Below, one piece after another: positions 1-10,685 of a stretch of 64,000 nucleotides of DNA. This DNA comes from Candidatus Omnitrophota bacterium (GTDB lineage Bacteria > Omnitrophota > Gorgyraeia > Zapsychrales > JAHFFX01), in NCBI GenBank assembly GCA_023247705.1, contig JAHFFY010000009.1:1688-65687 (forward strand). The letters run 5' to 3'. Below the pieces are notes generated by a model. That model saw nothing but the letters and a program-made list of their open reading frames with translations. It was not told the origin of the DNA and did no database searches. Every line of letters begins with the position of its first letter. Positions within the stretch are counted from its first letter, which is position 1. The translations under genes and the position numbers were made by a program.

Positions 1-461
1 AGAACTTCGAGGCTTCTTAACCATAAAGGGAATAAAAGAAGTGGGATGAAAAGAATAAAAGAGATTAAAAGGACGACCAGGCCGTAACTTGTTTGTAAGA
101 TATGCTGAATAATCTGCCAATGATTATGAACAAGAAATCTTATTCCCTCCACCGTTAGAAATTGATGAATCGTTGTAAACAATTCCCAGCTGATCGCATA
201 CAGGATAAAAAATGCGTTAAAAGCGATCGCAGAAATCCAACAAGCAATCCTGGCTTTGGCCCTGACCAAAGTGACAAGAATTAAAAAAAACAGAATATTA
301 AACGAGCAATTCAACAAAAAAAGATGCAGCTTACTTGTCAGCGGGATGGGATGGAAAAACAAGGAATATTCATGATTCTTAAAACTCAGGATAAGATCAG
401 TGAAGCTTAAAATCCCGGCAAAAAAACAAGCAATCAAAAAAATTGGCTGGATTTTCTTCAT
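1..461 (-). CDS. Partial multi-TM membrane protein running off the left edge; possibly the N-terminal membrane domain of a sulfatase/LTA-synthase-like enzyme
   Basis: Not in the ORF track. My manual translation from ATG at 461 (MKKIQPIFLIACFFAGILSFTDLIL...AFNAFFILYAISWELFTTIHQFLTVEGIRFL...) has no stop to the edge and about 4 hydrophobic helices. The family guess rests on this architecture only. Confidence 0.6.
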   Translation of the reverse strand, partial: MKKIQPIFLIACFFAGILSFTDLILSFKNHEYSLFFHPIPLTSKLHLFLLNCSFNILFFLILVTLVRAKARIACWISAIAFNAFFILYAISWELFTTIHQFLTVEGIRFLVHNHWQIIQHILQTSYGLVVLLISFILFIPLLLFPLWLRSLEV

Positions 462-571
462 TTTTATCTCGCATCTTCTGCCATGATTAAATTTTCCCTT
501 TCCGACTTTTAATCTTACGCTGATTCTATAGGTGCTGTCGTGAGATTTGGAGTTCCGTTTACTCAATAAAA

Positions 572-1210
572 TTATTCAGGATATGTTTCGGATGAAATCA
601 AATTGCCATGCTCATCATAATTATTTTCACTGACGATCTTATAATCTTTATATTTTCCTTCTCTCTTAAGCTTGCCGTTTTCATAATATTCTTTATAAAA
701 ATCCACATATCGGCCATCTTGATAGTTCTCCTCCATGTAAAAATTCCCATCTTCATAGTATTCTTTACAGTACCCGTCCTTTTTTCCATTCTTATAATTC
801 TTTACGGTCCAAACATTGCCGTTTTCATAATATTCCGTGGAAACCCCGTTAAATTTATCATTGATATAATTCCGCTCTGCTTGTAATTTCCCGCTCTTAT
901 AATATCTTTTTGAAATACCTTCTAATTTACCGTCGTGATACCGCCATTCATGACTGATGGACTGGTTCCCAAAATAAATCTTTGAAATCCCATTTAACTT
1001 TCCATTTTGATAACTCCACTCCGCCTTTAATTTTCCATCCAACGTATATTCTTTATGAATATCGCCTTTTTGTTCTTCCGCGTATACTTTAGTGGAAATT
1101 GACATCAAGTAAAAGGTCAAGATCAATATTCTTAGGTTGATTAAGGAATTCCCATCGATTGACTTTTGAGGCGGCCGGGAAATATATAATCTCAATCTCT
1201 GTAATGTCAT
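572..1210 (-). CDS. MORN-variant (YwqK-like) repeat protein, probably exported
   Basis: About 6 tandem ~24-aa repeats such as YQNGKLNGISKIYFGN, YHDGKLEGISKRYYKSGKL and YKNGKKDGYCKEYYEDGN, preceded by a signal-like segment ending VYA-EE. The true start may be downstream of 1210. Confidence 0.85.
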   Translation of the reverse strand: MTLQRLRLYISRPPQKSIDGNSLINLRILILTFYLMSISTKVYAEEQKGDIHKEYTLDGKLKAEWSYQNGKLNGISKIYFGNQSISHEWRYHDGKLEGISKRYYKSGKLQAERNYINDKFNGVSTEYYENGNVWTVKNYKNGKKDGYCKEYYEDGNFYMEENYQDGRYVDFYKEYYENGKLKREGKYKDYKIVSENNYDEHGNLISSETYPE

Positions 1211-1261
1211 TTGCTCACTAAATAAATTTTTTTAATAATTGTAATACGATTTGAATAATAA

Positions 1262-4200
1262 TTGGTATTATTAATTATTATGTCTTTGACTCTTAAAAAA
1301 GATAAGAACCTGTTTATTTTTTTGCCGGCAATCCTCATATCCGGCGCCCAATTAATCTTCTACCCTCTTTTTTTGATCCTTTACGGGAATCTAGGTTTAA
1401 CGGCGACCATCTTACTTATTATGGTTTTCTTAAGTATGGTCATGGGAGAAGCTAGAATCATTCCTCTTCAGATCATCCGCCGCATCAGTTTAATTCTGGG
1501 AAGCGCATTAATCCTGCTGGGAATATCTTTTTCAAACTCAATCTTATTTTTTATAAAAATTCCCCTTATCCGCTTTGGCATAACGGCGTTGCTTTTCTTA
1601 TTTCTATTTACCTGCGGACAAATGCTTTTTGTAGGAGTATACCATCAAAACAAATTCCACAAAAACTATATCATGATTAATGGACTCTCCTTTGTCATGG
1701 TTTTAGTCTGGACGCTCTTAGTTCCCCGAATCGGGTTAGACCATTGTTTAACCATGATCGGTCTAGTTTTATTGTTCATAACCTTATCTCAAGAAAAAAA
1801 AATGCCCTACCTCTGCGCACCGACAAACCATCATTCCCCAGAGCAGGAATCCTTGGCAACAGTTATTCGGCTTCCTTATTGTCCCCAGAGCGGCATTGAA
1901 AAGAAAAAGATCAATGAGAGCAGAAAATCTATTATTCTTGGATTTATCGCGGCAGGATACATTAGTTGTTATTTTCAAACCATTTACTTAGCAATCTTCC
2001 CTAATGGATATGAGTTCAACACCTATCTCTCTTTAAGCTTTTTGCTTTTGGCCATATCAACCGGCCTTTATAAAAAATTGGTCAAAGCAAATATGATTTT
2101 ATCAGCCGAGTTTATAGTTTATCTCGGTATAAATTTTGCTATTTTTATTTTCATAATCTTTTTCGGTGGGCAGACTTCTGACGGGTTCTTTCTTGATCCC
2201 TTATCCATATTCAATCGTGTTCCCCGAATATTCTCCAACCCGATCGTTTATTCACTCATCTTTTCTTGTTTTCTGATGCTTCCTTATGTATTTTTCGCCG
2301 CGATTATTCCAGCGCAGGAAACGACCCGGGAAGGAATCAATCATTTATTCTTCTGCAGCATCGGAAATCTTTTAGGATTAATTGTATTCGGCCTCTTCTT
2401 CATCGATTTTGGGATTCATATTAAGCTGATCATACTTGGTTGTACGGTAGGTGTTGTCTTATTTTTACGCTATGGCGTAAAATCAAAATTAGCGTTGGCC
2501 GCGACGATCTTCTTGTTGATGTTAGTGATGAACTTACCGGCTAACCTGGATCAAAGAATTACAGTACAAGGTCAAAGAGCCTTCTTGGGGCAAAGATTGA
2601 TCCTGCAACAGAACCAACCGCATTCCGTGGGGCTCATTCAAAATTTTTTCAAGAAATGGGGTGAGGCAGGATATCTTTTCAATAATCATTACACCTTGCG
2701 CCTCGGTTTTGGAGGTTATAGCACCGCTTCAAATAATATGCATGACCTACAACACGCCCTAACAACGAGAGAACTTATAAATACCAAAACAAAAAACATC
2801 CTCTTTTTAGGATTGGGCAACGAAATCATCTTACAACAGGTCTATGCAAAATTGAACTTTTTGGGAATTAACGATTTTAAAATCGATATTGTCGATAATT
2901 TTTCGCCTCTTTTGATCCCGAAATTCCGATCCGCCATGGAAAAGGACCTCGGGTTTAAACTGGAGGACCCGCGGATCAAATTATATTACGCCGATGCTTT
3001 TCAATATCTTTTATTCAACCATCGACAACCGTATGATCTCATCGTATGGAATTTATCGATCCCCGCTTATACCTCTTCAGCGTTTCTTCACACTCAGGAG
3101 ATGGGACGGTTGCTTGCGCAGGCCTTAACTAAAGAAGGCTATCTGGCTGGAAGATATTTGATCCCTGATCAAATCAACTGTTCGCTGATGAGTTCTTTTA
3201 ATTCCTATTCTTCTTATCCCAGTTCTTATTATTGTCCTTATAGTTCTCTGATCGCCACAAACGGAACAAATTTTTTAAAGCCCATGTTAGGAAACCGAAA
3301 CGGACCGCCATTCCCGTGTGACGAGAAGAACAAAATCGGTCTCAGAAATTATATCATTACGCCTCACTTAGGACCTTTCTGCATAGAGGACCGCGTTTCT
3401 TTCTTTGAAAAAAATAAAAATTCTTTCAAGCAAGATAAAGAGATGCTCAAAACGATCACAGAATCCCCGGAATCAGTGCGTTTATTGGCGGCCAGACTTA
3501 ACATTGGATTTCCTTTTATTTCTATTGTGCCGCTGACCGGTCCTTGGAAAGATTACGGTTTGGAATTTCTGACCGCTGTAAACATTTTCAGAGAAACGCA
3601 AGGAAAGTCGGATATTGATTTTCGATCGCTGGAGAAACAGTTGTATCCAGTTATAATCGATTCAGGAAGTAACGCAAGAGTCGGCCTCCGCTATCATGCA
3701 ATGCTGCAAATGGAACTGCGAAATAAAGCGTTTTATTTCATGCCATTTATGCCGGATCTTTCGACAAGTTCAGAAAATTCATTCTCCTTGATCTCCTTTA
3801 GACAAGACATGAAGGAACTGACCTTCAATGTCTTCCCGATGAATCCCAATTTGCAGGCATCTGTTTCTTCGCTTTTTCCATCTTTAAAAGGATTCCAGGA
3901 TCTGATTTCTGACGTGATCGGTCAAACGCGGAATGTTTACGTCTTAAAAAATAAATCCAACCCCTTGACTGATCATTTGCGATCGATCCTGAATGTCCAG
4001 GCCATCCATCCCTCATTTATCGTGCAAGACATTAAAGAAATCTCCTCCTTAGAAGAAAACATCTCGTCCAACGACCTATTCATTATCCCGATAGAGAAAT
4101 TAATTGATCTGCCCGACATGGATTTCAGAGAAGATATCTCCGAGATGAAAAAACTTATCATTGTAACCGGACCGGAAACGTATGATTTTGCGAATCTGCC

Positions 4201-4591
4201 CCCATCAAAGAATACCGCTTTTCTATTTTTTTGGCATCCTGCGATCAACTATTCGGCCGATAACGCCTTTGATTCGTGCCATTTCGCTCAATTATACCGG
4301 GAAGAAACCGGGCGCCTCCCCTCTTATATTTCAGCATTGACCTACGGAGCCCTTGTATCGCTTTCCAAGGCTGTTAAAAATTTTAACCTCAATGATTCTT
4401 CAAATGGGGTCAGCTTTAACACGATGATAAAGAATAAAATCCCTCAACTGGCAAGAGATCCTGTTATTCTTTATTTTGATGCAACAGGTTATGGTCAAAT
4501 TTGGATTGCGAAAAACCAAGAGATTTGTGCCGATGAGAAAGAAAACATTAGTTCGAGATTTGAGATAAAAAAATATGATCTTCGTTATTGA
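1262..4591 (+). CDS. Multi-TM spermidine-synthase-like (class I SAM-binding) protein fused to a C-terminal LivK-like type I periplasmic-binding domain
   Basis: About 12 TM helices, then NILFLGLGN / KIDIVDN / IKLYYADAFQYL / YDLIVWN (SpeE-like strand order). These are followed by IVPLTGPWKDYG...IIDSGSN and FAQLYREETGRLPSYISALTY, which are LivK-like. The likely start is ATG at 1280. Confidence 0.7.
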   Translation: MVLLIIMSLTLKKDKNLFIFLPAILISGAQLIFYPLFLILYGNLGLTATILLIMVFLSMVMGEARIIPLQIIRRISLILGSALILLGISFSNSILFFIKIPLIRFGITALLFLFLFTCGQMLFVGVYHQNKFHKNYIMINGLSFVMVLVWTLLVPRIGLDHCLTMIGLVLLFITLSQEKKMPYLCAPTNHHSPEQESLATVIRLPYCPQSGIEKKKINESRKSIILGFIAAGYISCYFQTIYLAIFPNGYEFNTYLSLSFLLLAISTGLYKKLVKANMILSAEFIVYLGINFAIFIFIIFFGGQTSDGFFLDPLSIFNRVPRIFSNPIVYSLIFSCFLMLPYVFFAAIIPAQETTREGINHLFFCSIGNLLGLIVFGLFFIDFGIHIKLIILGCTVGVVLFLRYGVKSKLALAATIFLLMLVMNLPANLDQRITVQGQRAFLGQRLILQQNQPHSVGLIQNFFKKWGEAGYLFNNHYTLRLGFGGYSTASNNMHDLQHALTTRELINTKTKNILFLGLGNEIILQQVYAKLNFLGINDFKIDIVDNFSPLLIPKFRSAMEKDLGFKLEDPRIKLYYADAFQYLLFNHRQPYDLIVWNLSIPAYTSSAFLHTQEMGRLLAQALTKEGYLAGRYLIPDQINCSLMSSFNSYSSYPSSYYCPYSSLIATNGTNFLKPMLGNRNGPPFPCDEKNKIGLRNYIITPHLGPFCIEDRVSFFEKNKNSFKQDKEMLKTITESPESVRLLAARLNIGFPFISIVPLTGPWKDYGLEFLTAVNIFRETQGKSDIDFRSLEKQLYPVIIDSGSNARVGLRYHAMLQMELRNKAFYFMPFMPDLSTSSENSFSLISFRQDMKELTFNVFPMNPNLQASVSSLFPSLKGFQDLISDVIGQTRNVYVLKNKSNPLTDHLRSILNVQAIHPSFIVQDIKEISSLEENISSNDLFIIPIEKLIDLPDMDFREDISEMKKLIIVTGPETYDFANLPPSKNTAFLFFWHPAINYSADNAFDSCHFAQLYREETGRLPSYISALTYGALVSLSKAVKNFNLNDSSNGVSFNTMIKNKIPQLARDPVILYFDATGYGQIWIAKNQEICADEKENISSRFEIKKYDLRY

Positions 4592-4638
4592 ACTTCCTTC
4601 TAACTAATAACTGAAACTAAGACAGGAAAATAGGTCAT

Positions 4639-5868
4639 TTGTCACCTCGATCAAAAAAAAAATTTTTAACAATCACTTCCATCGCGTTTCTCCTAATCGG
4701 GATCTATATTTTAAAATCCTGCCAAGCTCAAAACAATAAAAAAATACTGATTGCGACTTCCCTGACCGGGCCTAATGCTAAAATCGGGACCAACATTGTT
4801 CAAGCCATTCAACTCTTCCTTAAGCTTCATCATCTGGAAAATTGGCGACTTGTAACCATGGACTCCCAAAGCAACGATCGGCTAAATGCCGAGCAGACCT
4901 TCCAACTTTATCAAAAGGCATCCTCGCATTCTATTCTTTTTGGACCTCGAGGAACGAAAGCAAGCCTGGAATTTATCAAGCTTTGCTCTCAACAAATTTC
5001 ACCTCAAAACAACCGGTTCATCTTCCTTAATCAAGTGACGGCCTCTCCCATTTTTAACCATTATTTCAACAGTTTATCGACTTTTATTTCATCACAAAAT
5101 TATCTCGCTGGAGTTCTTTATCTTCTGAAGAAAAAAGTTGGAACCCCGGGAAGAATTCATATTCTGCGGTTAAAAGATATCCCTTACTTTGAGGACATGG
5201 TCATGGCTCTAAAAAAAGAGATGAAAAAACTCGACCTTAATCAGGGCAAGGAAATATTTTTTTCTCTTCAGGATGACCGCGCTTCCCTTAATGATTTCTT
5301 ATCGAAAAATGTTCAAGAAAACGATTGGCTTGTTATTCTCGACTATGGACCGCAGCATTATATTTCTCATCAAATGAACCCGGTCTTCTCAAAGGCGCTT
5401 AAAATTTTCGTTTATGGACAAATGCCCTCAAATCAAATTTCTTCACAAGAGAAAGAGACATTTTTAAACAGTCTTCAAGTATTAACCTGGCTTCCCCATC
5501 TTGATTATTCGTCTCAAGGGACGATAAACAATTGCCATTTTTCAAAAAAATTTGAAGAAGCCTTCGCTCACCCTCCTGATTTTCATGCCGCTTATATCTT
5601 TTCCACGTTAGAAGCAGACGAGACACTACGCAACAGCACACCTTCTCCTCAAAACCGAATGAAGCAAATTGAACAAAGGGAAGTAAAAACGATTGTCGGA
5701 ACAGTTCGATGGGATAAGGAGGGAACAAGAATCAATGGCTTTCCTGCATTATTGCTTATTGACCGCAATGGACAAAAAACACTTTATGAGCATGACCAAA
5801 ATACGCTTCAATGGTGTTCCGATGAAAATGCCGACACTTCAATTCCGATTCTTCCCATCCCCAAGTAA
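4639..5868 (+). CDS. Branched-chain amino acid-type (LivK-like) substrate-binding protein with an N-terminal anchor
   Basis: N-terminal basic plus hydrophobic segment, then IATSLTGPNAKIG, LVTMDSQSN, ILFGP, FSKKFEEAFAHPPDFHAAY and TIVGTVRWDKEG. Confidence 0.75.
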   Translation: MSPRSKKKFLTITSIAFLLIGIYILKSCQAQNNKKILIATSLTGPNAKIGTNIVQAIQLFLKLHHLENWRLVTMDSQSNDRLNAEQTFQLYQKASSHSILFGPRGTKASLEFIKLCSQQISPQNNRFIFLNQVTASPIFNHYFNSLSTFISSQNYLAGVLYLLKKKVGTPGRIHILRLKDIPYFEDMVMALKKEMKKLDLNQGKEIFFSLQDDRASLNDFLSKNVQENDWLVILDYGPQHYISHQMNPVFSKALKIFVYGQMPSNQISSQEKETFLNSLQVLTWLPHLDYSSQGTINNCHFSKKFEEAFAHPPDFHAAYIFSTLEADETLRNSTPSPQNRMKQIEQREVKTIVGTVRWDKEGTRINGFPALLLIDRNGQKTLYEHDQNTLQWCSDENADTSIPILPIPK

Positions 5869-6054
5869 CTTAAGAACGGGTTTTAAAAAAGTCCCGACCC
5901 AAGCCATAAGCGCTTAAATAACTTAAAACGCCCGTCAGAAAAAATTTTTTCAAGCCAAAATTTAAGGCTAAAATCAGAGACAATATAGATGTTCATAAAA
6001 AAATCTAATTAACGTGAGTTCGATATAAGATGTGAATAAGGGCTAAATGACTCC

Positions 6055-8550
6055 CTAAATTTTAAGCTGATTTTTCAAGCCAATTATTATTCTCATGGCT
6101 AACAAATAACACATCACCCCACTTAAGAATGTTACCTTTAATCCCCAAGTTAAAGCCAATATCAAAGATAATGTCGAGCCTAATACAGAAAACGCTCCAT
6201 TGATTCCCCATGACCACGGGATTAATCGCTCTTCAATTGTTCCGATTATTCTCATTCCAATGGGAAGACACATGCCCATCAAGAATCCTATTGGGATAAT
6301 TGTTCCTATCGCCATTAAGATGCGGGACAACTTATTCAATCCCATCCATCCTATAAACTGGTCATAAATAAAAAGTACAATCAGCGCTCCCAAACTAATA
6401 ACTCCACCTAATATTAGCAAAAGTTTTCTGTTATTGTCTGCAGTTGACCAACGATAAGAAACTAAACTCCCTACCCCACTACTACATAAAAGACTACTTA
6501 ACACAACAGTAAAAGAATAGATCGGATGTCCTAAAAATACAGTCAAGCGTTGGATTAACGAAAGTTCAATCAACATATATCCCATTCCAATCGCCGCAAA
6601 ATATCCCAAGGCAGTGATCTTCAATGGATCCTTGTTGAATTGTTGTCCCTTCTTCCAATACAACGGAAGAACAATCACTAAAACACTAAACAAATTCACA
6701 AAGAACGCTGTTCCATATAAAATGGGCAAGGCAAACCGACGGGCGACCTGTTCTTCCATGTCAAGATGGAAGATATCTTTAAAACGTGTTGTAAAAAAAA
6801 AGAATGGCCAGTCATCCGTAGAAGGAGAAATATCTTTAGGATAAGAATGGATCGCGTCAGTGCTTGTTTTATTCCCCGAAGGATCACCCAGAATAAGTTT
6901 ACGGAATAAGTCAGCATATTCTGAGGGATCCATCTCTATTCCTGAAGAATTCCGATCCGGATTGGGATCACCAGCTAATTCCGAGGACGCAGGGGCAGAG
7001 AATTGTGGCGCATAGACAAAACTAAATTTCCCCTCTTTTGCATATTTTTCTAAAATATTTATTTCTTCAACAGTAAACAATCCATTCTTTAAAAGAACAG
7101 TTGCAAATTGTTGATCGCCGGCCGACTGGTTTAAAAGGACCAGTATCCTTTTGGGAACATCAGGAATACCAGCTTCTTTAAGATATTGAACGGCCATATT
7201 GGTTAAGCGCAACGTCTCGTCCCACGTGTAGTATAACGTCATGCTGAGCATTCCATCCGGCTTTAAGTGGGAAACATAATCCCTGATGGCTTCTTTGGTA
7301 TATAAATTATTTTCATTAAAGATGTACGCTCCGGCGGCCGCTGCTCCGCCGGCAAAACTATAAATCCGGTTGTTCTGAATAATATCGTATTGATTTCTGG
7401 AAGAGGCTACAAAATTTCTTCCTTCCTGAAGATAAAGGTGCACCTTGGGATGATCAAAAATGCGGCCAATATAATCGGCATAGCGTCCTTTAACCAATTC
7501 CACAATGGTTGGGTCAACTTCAACCGCCGTAATTGACTTCTGATTGAGAAGAAGTCCCCAAAGGACATCTCTCCCTCCCCCCACACCAATACTCAACACA
7601 TCCGCATGAGGTTTTAAAAGCTGAACAATTTGTTCCCCGGGAATCGTATTGATCATGTCAGTGATCTTTGAGAAATCCCCATCAAAACGGATCAGCCAAG
7701 TACTGGCGCTTTCATCGATCCCCACGCGCATATATTCAATCTTGCGATTCTGTCTTTCCCAATACTGAGGGGAAAATACGGCAATCCTCGATACCGGGGA
7801 CCATTGCTCAAAGACCTTCTGTCTCTCTGGTCTTTGAAAACTTCTTTGACCATAATTCTTCACCGCAACAATTTGCAAAATCCCCCAGCGGTCGTTTCCT
7901 AAAAACAGGATCAAATTAATAAAAAAAAGCCACTTTAATAATATTTTCAATCTTGGAGTATTCGAACGTAGAGAAAAGATCCAGCCAGCTCCCGTGGCCA
8001 ATACTGAAATTAAAAAAATAATTGCCATGGGACTGAAGTGATAAAGCAACAATACAACCAAAACGCTCCCCGCCCCCGCACCGACCAAATCAAAAAAATA
8101 GAGTTTGCCAATCTCTTCCTTATATCGCATGAACGCCAAGCTAATACACATCCCACCGCAAAAGAAAACGCAAAAAAAGAAAAATAACTGCAACCCCAAT
8201 ATCAAATAAAATTGTAAATGGTTAATAAAAAATTTTTCGAAATTCATGTAAAGATGAATAAATACGGCAAAAGGAGATAAAAGAGAAAAAAACAGAGCGG
8301 ATAAAGCGAGGGATCGTCCGGCAAAATCTTCTTTAGAAAATTTTTCAGAATACAAAAAACAGAATACAGCCGATGCCGCTGTTCCCAACATCGCCAAAGA
8401 AATCGCCAAAAAACCAAAGTAATACCATAAAGTGACGGCAAAAATTCGGGTTAAACAGATTTCATACAGAATTGTAGCTAAAGCAATGAACCCAACGCCA
8501 GAAAATATTAAAAGATTGGAACTTTTCCTTTTAAATTTCGAATCGTTCAT
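6055..8550 (-). CDS. Membrane-embedded spermidine-synthase-like SAM-dependent transferase with TM blocks on both sides of the catalytic domain
   Basis: Motifs LYEICLTRIFAVTLWYYF, LYFFDLVGAGAG, VLSIGVGGGRDV, ITAVEVDP, EGRNFV, ENNLYTKEA, LKPDG, PSTDDWPFFF and WSWGINGAFSVLGS. ATGA overlap with cstA. Confidence 0.85.
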   Translation of the reverse strand: MNDSKFKRKSSNLLIFSGVGFIALATILYEICLTRIFAVTLWYYFGFLAISLAMLGTAASAVFCFLYSEKFSKEDFAGRSLALSALFFSLLSPFAVFIHLYMNFEKFFINHLQFYLILGLQLFFFFCVFFCGGMCISLAFMRYKEEIGKLYFFDLVGAGAGSVLVVLLLYHFSPMAIIFLISVLATGAGWIFSLRSNTPRLKILLKWLFFINLILFLGNDRWGILQIVAVKNYGQRSFQRPERQKVFEQWSPVSRIAVFSPQYWERQNRKIEYMRVGIDESASTWLIRFDGDFSKITDMINTIPGEQIVQLLKPHADVLSIGVGGGRDVLWGLLLNQKSITAVEVDPTIVELVKGRYADYIGRIFDHPKVHLYLQEGRNFVASSRNQYDIIQNNRIYSFAGGAAAAGAYIFNENNLYTKEAIRDYVSHLKPDGMLSMTLYYTWDETLRLTNMAVQYLKEAGIPDVPKRILVLLNQSAGDQQFATVLLKNGLFTVEEINILEKYAKEGKFSFVYAPQFSAPASSELAGDPNPDRNSSGIEMDPSEYADLFRKLILGDPSGNKTSTDAIHSYPKDISPSTDDWPFFFFTTRFKDIFHLDMEEQVARRFALPILYGTAFFVNLFSVLVIVLPLYWKKGQQFNKDPLKITALGYFAAIGMGYMLIELSLIQRLTVFLGHPIYSFTVVLSSLLCSSGVGSLVSYRWSTADNNRKLLLILGGVISLGALIVLFIYDQFIGWMGLNKLSRILMAIGTIIPIGFLMGMCLPIGMRIIGTIEERLIPWSWGINGAFSVLGSTLSLILALTWGLKVTFLSGVMCYLLAMRIIIGLKNQLKI

Positions 8551-10253
8551 GAATTTTTTGAAGCTATTGGAAAACTTGAAATTCTGTTTAATAGAAAGAA
8601 GTTCATTAATCCTTCAATAATTAAGAATACGGCAAGGATCAACAATATCCCGGCCGTCCCGCCTAAAGGATCAAAACCCTTCTCTCCTTTTAAGAAAACA
8701 TTAAGGATCCAAGGTTTAATAATAACCAACAATGACATAATGGCGACCACGGTCATAAAGCAGGCAGGCAAAAGCGTAACCCAAAATACTCTTTTCGTCC
8801 GAAATAACCATAAACTTAATCCCAAAAGAACAATCGCCGCTAGAAGCTGATTACTCGAACCAAAAACAGTCCAGAAAATTTTCCAGCTTGGAATCGTCAT
8901 TCCATTGGGATCTTTGATCGGATGAGTAAGAAAAACCAACGGTAAAATCAAGGTGATGGCGGTGGCGAGCACAGGGCTCCATCGGCCGCGCCAACCCGTT
9001 AATTCTTCGAAGATATAGCGTCCCAGACGGGTGGCCACATCCAACGTGTCATAAACAAACGTGGCAAACGCCAGCAGCGCGAAATTCAAAGCCAGTTCAC
9101 GATTAATCCCAAAGCTGCTTAAAAATAAAGCGATGCCATTAGCATAGATTTGATTTGGATCTTTTAAGGATTCCGTCTCCTGAGTCCCTAAGATCATCAA
9201 TGTTGTAAGAGCAATCACAGCGACAAAACTTTCCAGCAACATGCCGCCGTAACCAACAAGCCGCGCGTCCGGTTCGCGCGCGAGTTGTTTCGAGGTCGTT
9301 CCCGATGAAATCAGACAATGAAAACCCGAGCAAGCGCCGCAGGCCACCGTCGTGAAAAGAATCGGAAAAATGGGCAACCCTTGCGGGTTCGACCAGGATT
9401 TAAAAGCTGGATATTGAACTATAAAATGTTGGGAAAAAGTTCCAATCATAATCCCTAAAAAGCTTAATCCCGCCGTGAATGTAAGAAAAAATCCTCCTAA
9501 ATACCCTCGCGGTTGCAACAATAGCCAGACAGGCATGACCGCAGCTAGAAAACAATAAATCAATAACGTGATGTTCCAAGTGGTATGCAAATCACATCCC
9601 GGAAGACTGGGAATTTTGAGCGGAAGCAGCGGACCTAAATAGATGCATAAAAATATCATCGGCGTAAAAATCAATGTGGCCACCGATAAACGCAACGGGA
9701 ATAACCGCAGAATGATCCCCATGATCACCGCCAATAATAAATACATCATGGAAGCTGAGGCAACGCCCGCGCCTCTTGTCTCATCAACAAAAGTACTGCT
9801 GGTAATATCCGTGAAGGCGGTAATGATATATACGAGAGAAAACCACAGGAATAACAGAAATAAAACGAAAGCACGCCGTCCGATATTTTCTTTGATCACC
9901 TCAGCGATAGATTTTCCCTGATGCCTGATCGATGCGACCAAGGTCGCCATATCATGGACACCCCCGATCAATATGCCGCCCAAAATAATCCAGACGAACG
10001 TCGGCATCCAGCCAAACCACATCCCCGCCAAAATCGGCCCGACAATCGGGCCCGCGGCGGCAATCGCAGACAAATGCTGACCTAAAAGATAATATGGCTC
10101 GGCAGGGATAAAATCTTGATTATTCTCAAAAATGTGGGCTGGGGTCTTTTGATCGGCATTAAGTTGAAACAATCTGGTTAAAAACGCCCCATAGAAGAAA
10201 TAACCTAGCGTGAACAAAATAATTGAGAGGATAACGACAAAAATGATCGACAT
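8547..10253 (-). CDS. cstA: Carbon starvation protein A (CstA-family peptide/pyruvate transporter)
   Basis: Family motifs TPAH, HLSAIAAAGPIVGPI, GGVHD, PVWLLLQPRGYL, FTTVACGACSGFH, GTTSKQL, YGGMLLES, TLDVATRLGRY and FGSSNQLLA. Confidence 0.95.
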   Translation of the reverse strand: MSIIFVVILSIILFTLGYFFYGAFLTRLFQLNADQKTPAHIFENNQDFIPAEPYYLLGQHLSAIAAAGPIVGPILAGMWFGWMPTFVWIILGGILIGGVHDMATLVASIRHQGKSIAEVIKENIGRRAFVLFLLFLWFSLVYIITAFTDITSSTFVDETRGAGVASASMMYLLLAVIMGIILRLFPLRLSVATLIFTPMIFLCIYLGPLLPLKIPSLPGCDLHTTWNITLLIYCFLAAVMPVWLLLQPRGYLGGFFLTFTAGLSFLGIMIGTFSQHFIVQYPAFKSWSNPQGLPIFPILFTTVACGACSGFHCLISSGTTSKQLAREPDARLVGYGGMLLESFVAVIALTTLMILGTQETESLKDPNQIYANGIALFLSSFGINRELALNFALLAFATFVYDTLDVATRLGRYIFEELTGWRGRWSPVLATAITLILPLVFLTHPIKDPNGMTIPSWKIFWTVFGSSNQLLAAIVLLGLSLWLFRTKRVFWVTLLPACFMTVVAIMSLLVIIKPWILNVFLKGEKGFDPLGGTAGILLILAVFLIIEGLMNFFLLNRISSFPIASKNS

Positions 10254-10256
10254 TAT

Positions 10257-10685
10257 TTAGTTTTTCTTATCCGGCATCCGTTCGATCAAAACATTAATGC
10301 GGTCCAACAATTCTTTGCAAATAGAATCTTTTTCTCTGCTTTGAATCTTTCTTTTATGGCCGGTGACCAGAAACTCATCGATTTCTCTGATGATACGCTC
10401 AAAGGCCCCCACCATACTGTTCGATAAACGATAGGACCATACCAGGAGAAAAAACAGAAAAATCCACAAGATAACAATCACAGCGAAGATCTTTTGGGAG
10501 AAATCCCAATAACGCATCGTATCGGCAAAAGCAGCGTAACTTGTCAGCTGGTAATAAATCGTTCCCAAAAATGTGAATAGAATGAGAAAAAATAAAGTGC
10601 AGGGGAACAAAATAAAATTCACCAGGGGTTTTTCGTAACGATTTAACTTAAACGAAAAAAGTTTTCTTGGTCTTTGCTGAGCCAT
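10257..10685 (-). CDS. Small two-TM protein with a HAMP-like C-terminal segment
   Basis: Two hydrophobic helices followed by SNSMVGAFERIIREIDE...REKD...ELLDRINVL. It lies 3 bp from the cstA start. Confidence 0.7.
   Translation of the reverse strand: MAQQRPRKLFSFKLNRYEKPLVNFILFPCTLFFLILFTFLGTIYYQLTSYAAFADTMRYWDFSQKIFAVIVILWIFLFFLLVWSYRLSNSMVGAFERIIREIDEFLVTGHKRKIQSREKDSICKELLDRINVLIERMPDKKN

Noticed and set aside
572-1210. YwqK-type antitoxin of a toxin-antitoxin pair
   Set aside because: There is no adjacent toxin gene, and the repeat family is widespread in exported proteins, so I kept only the repeat call.
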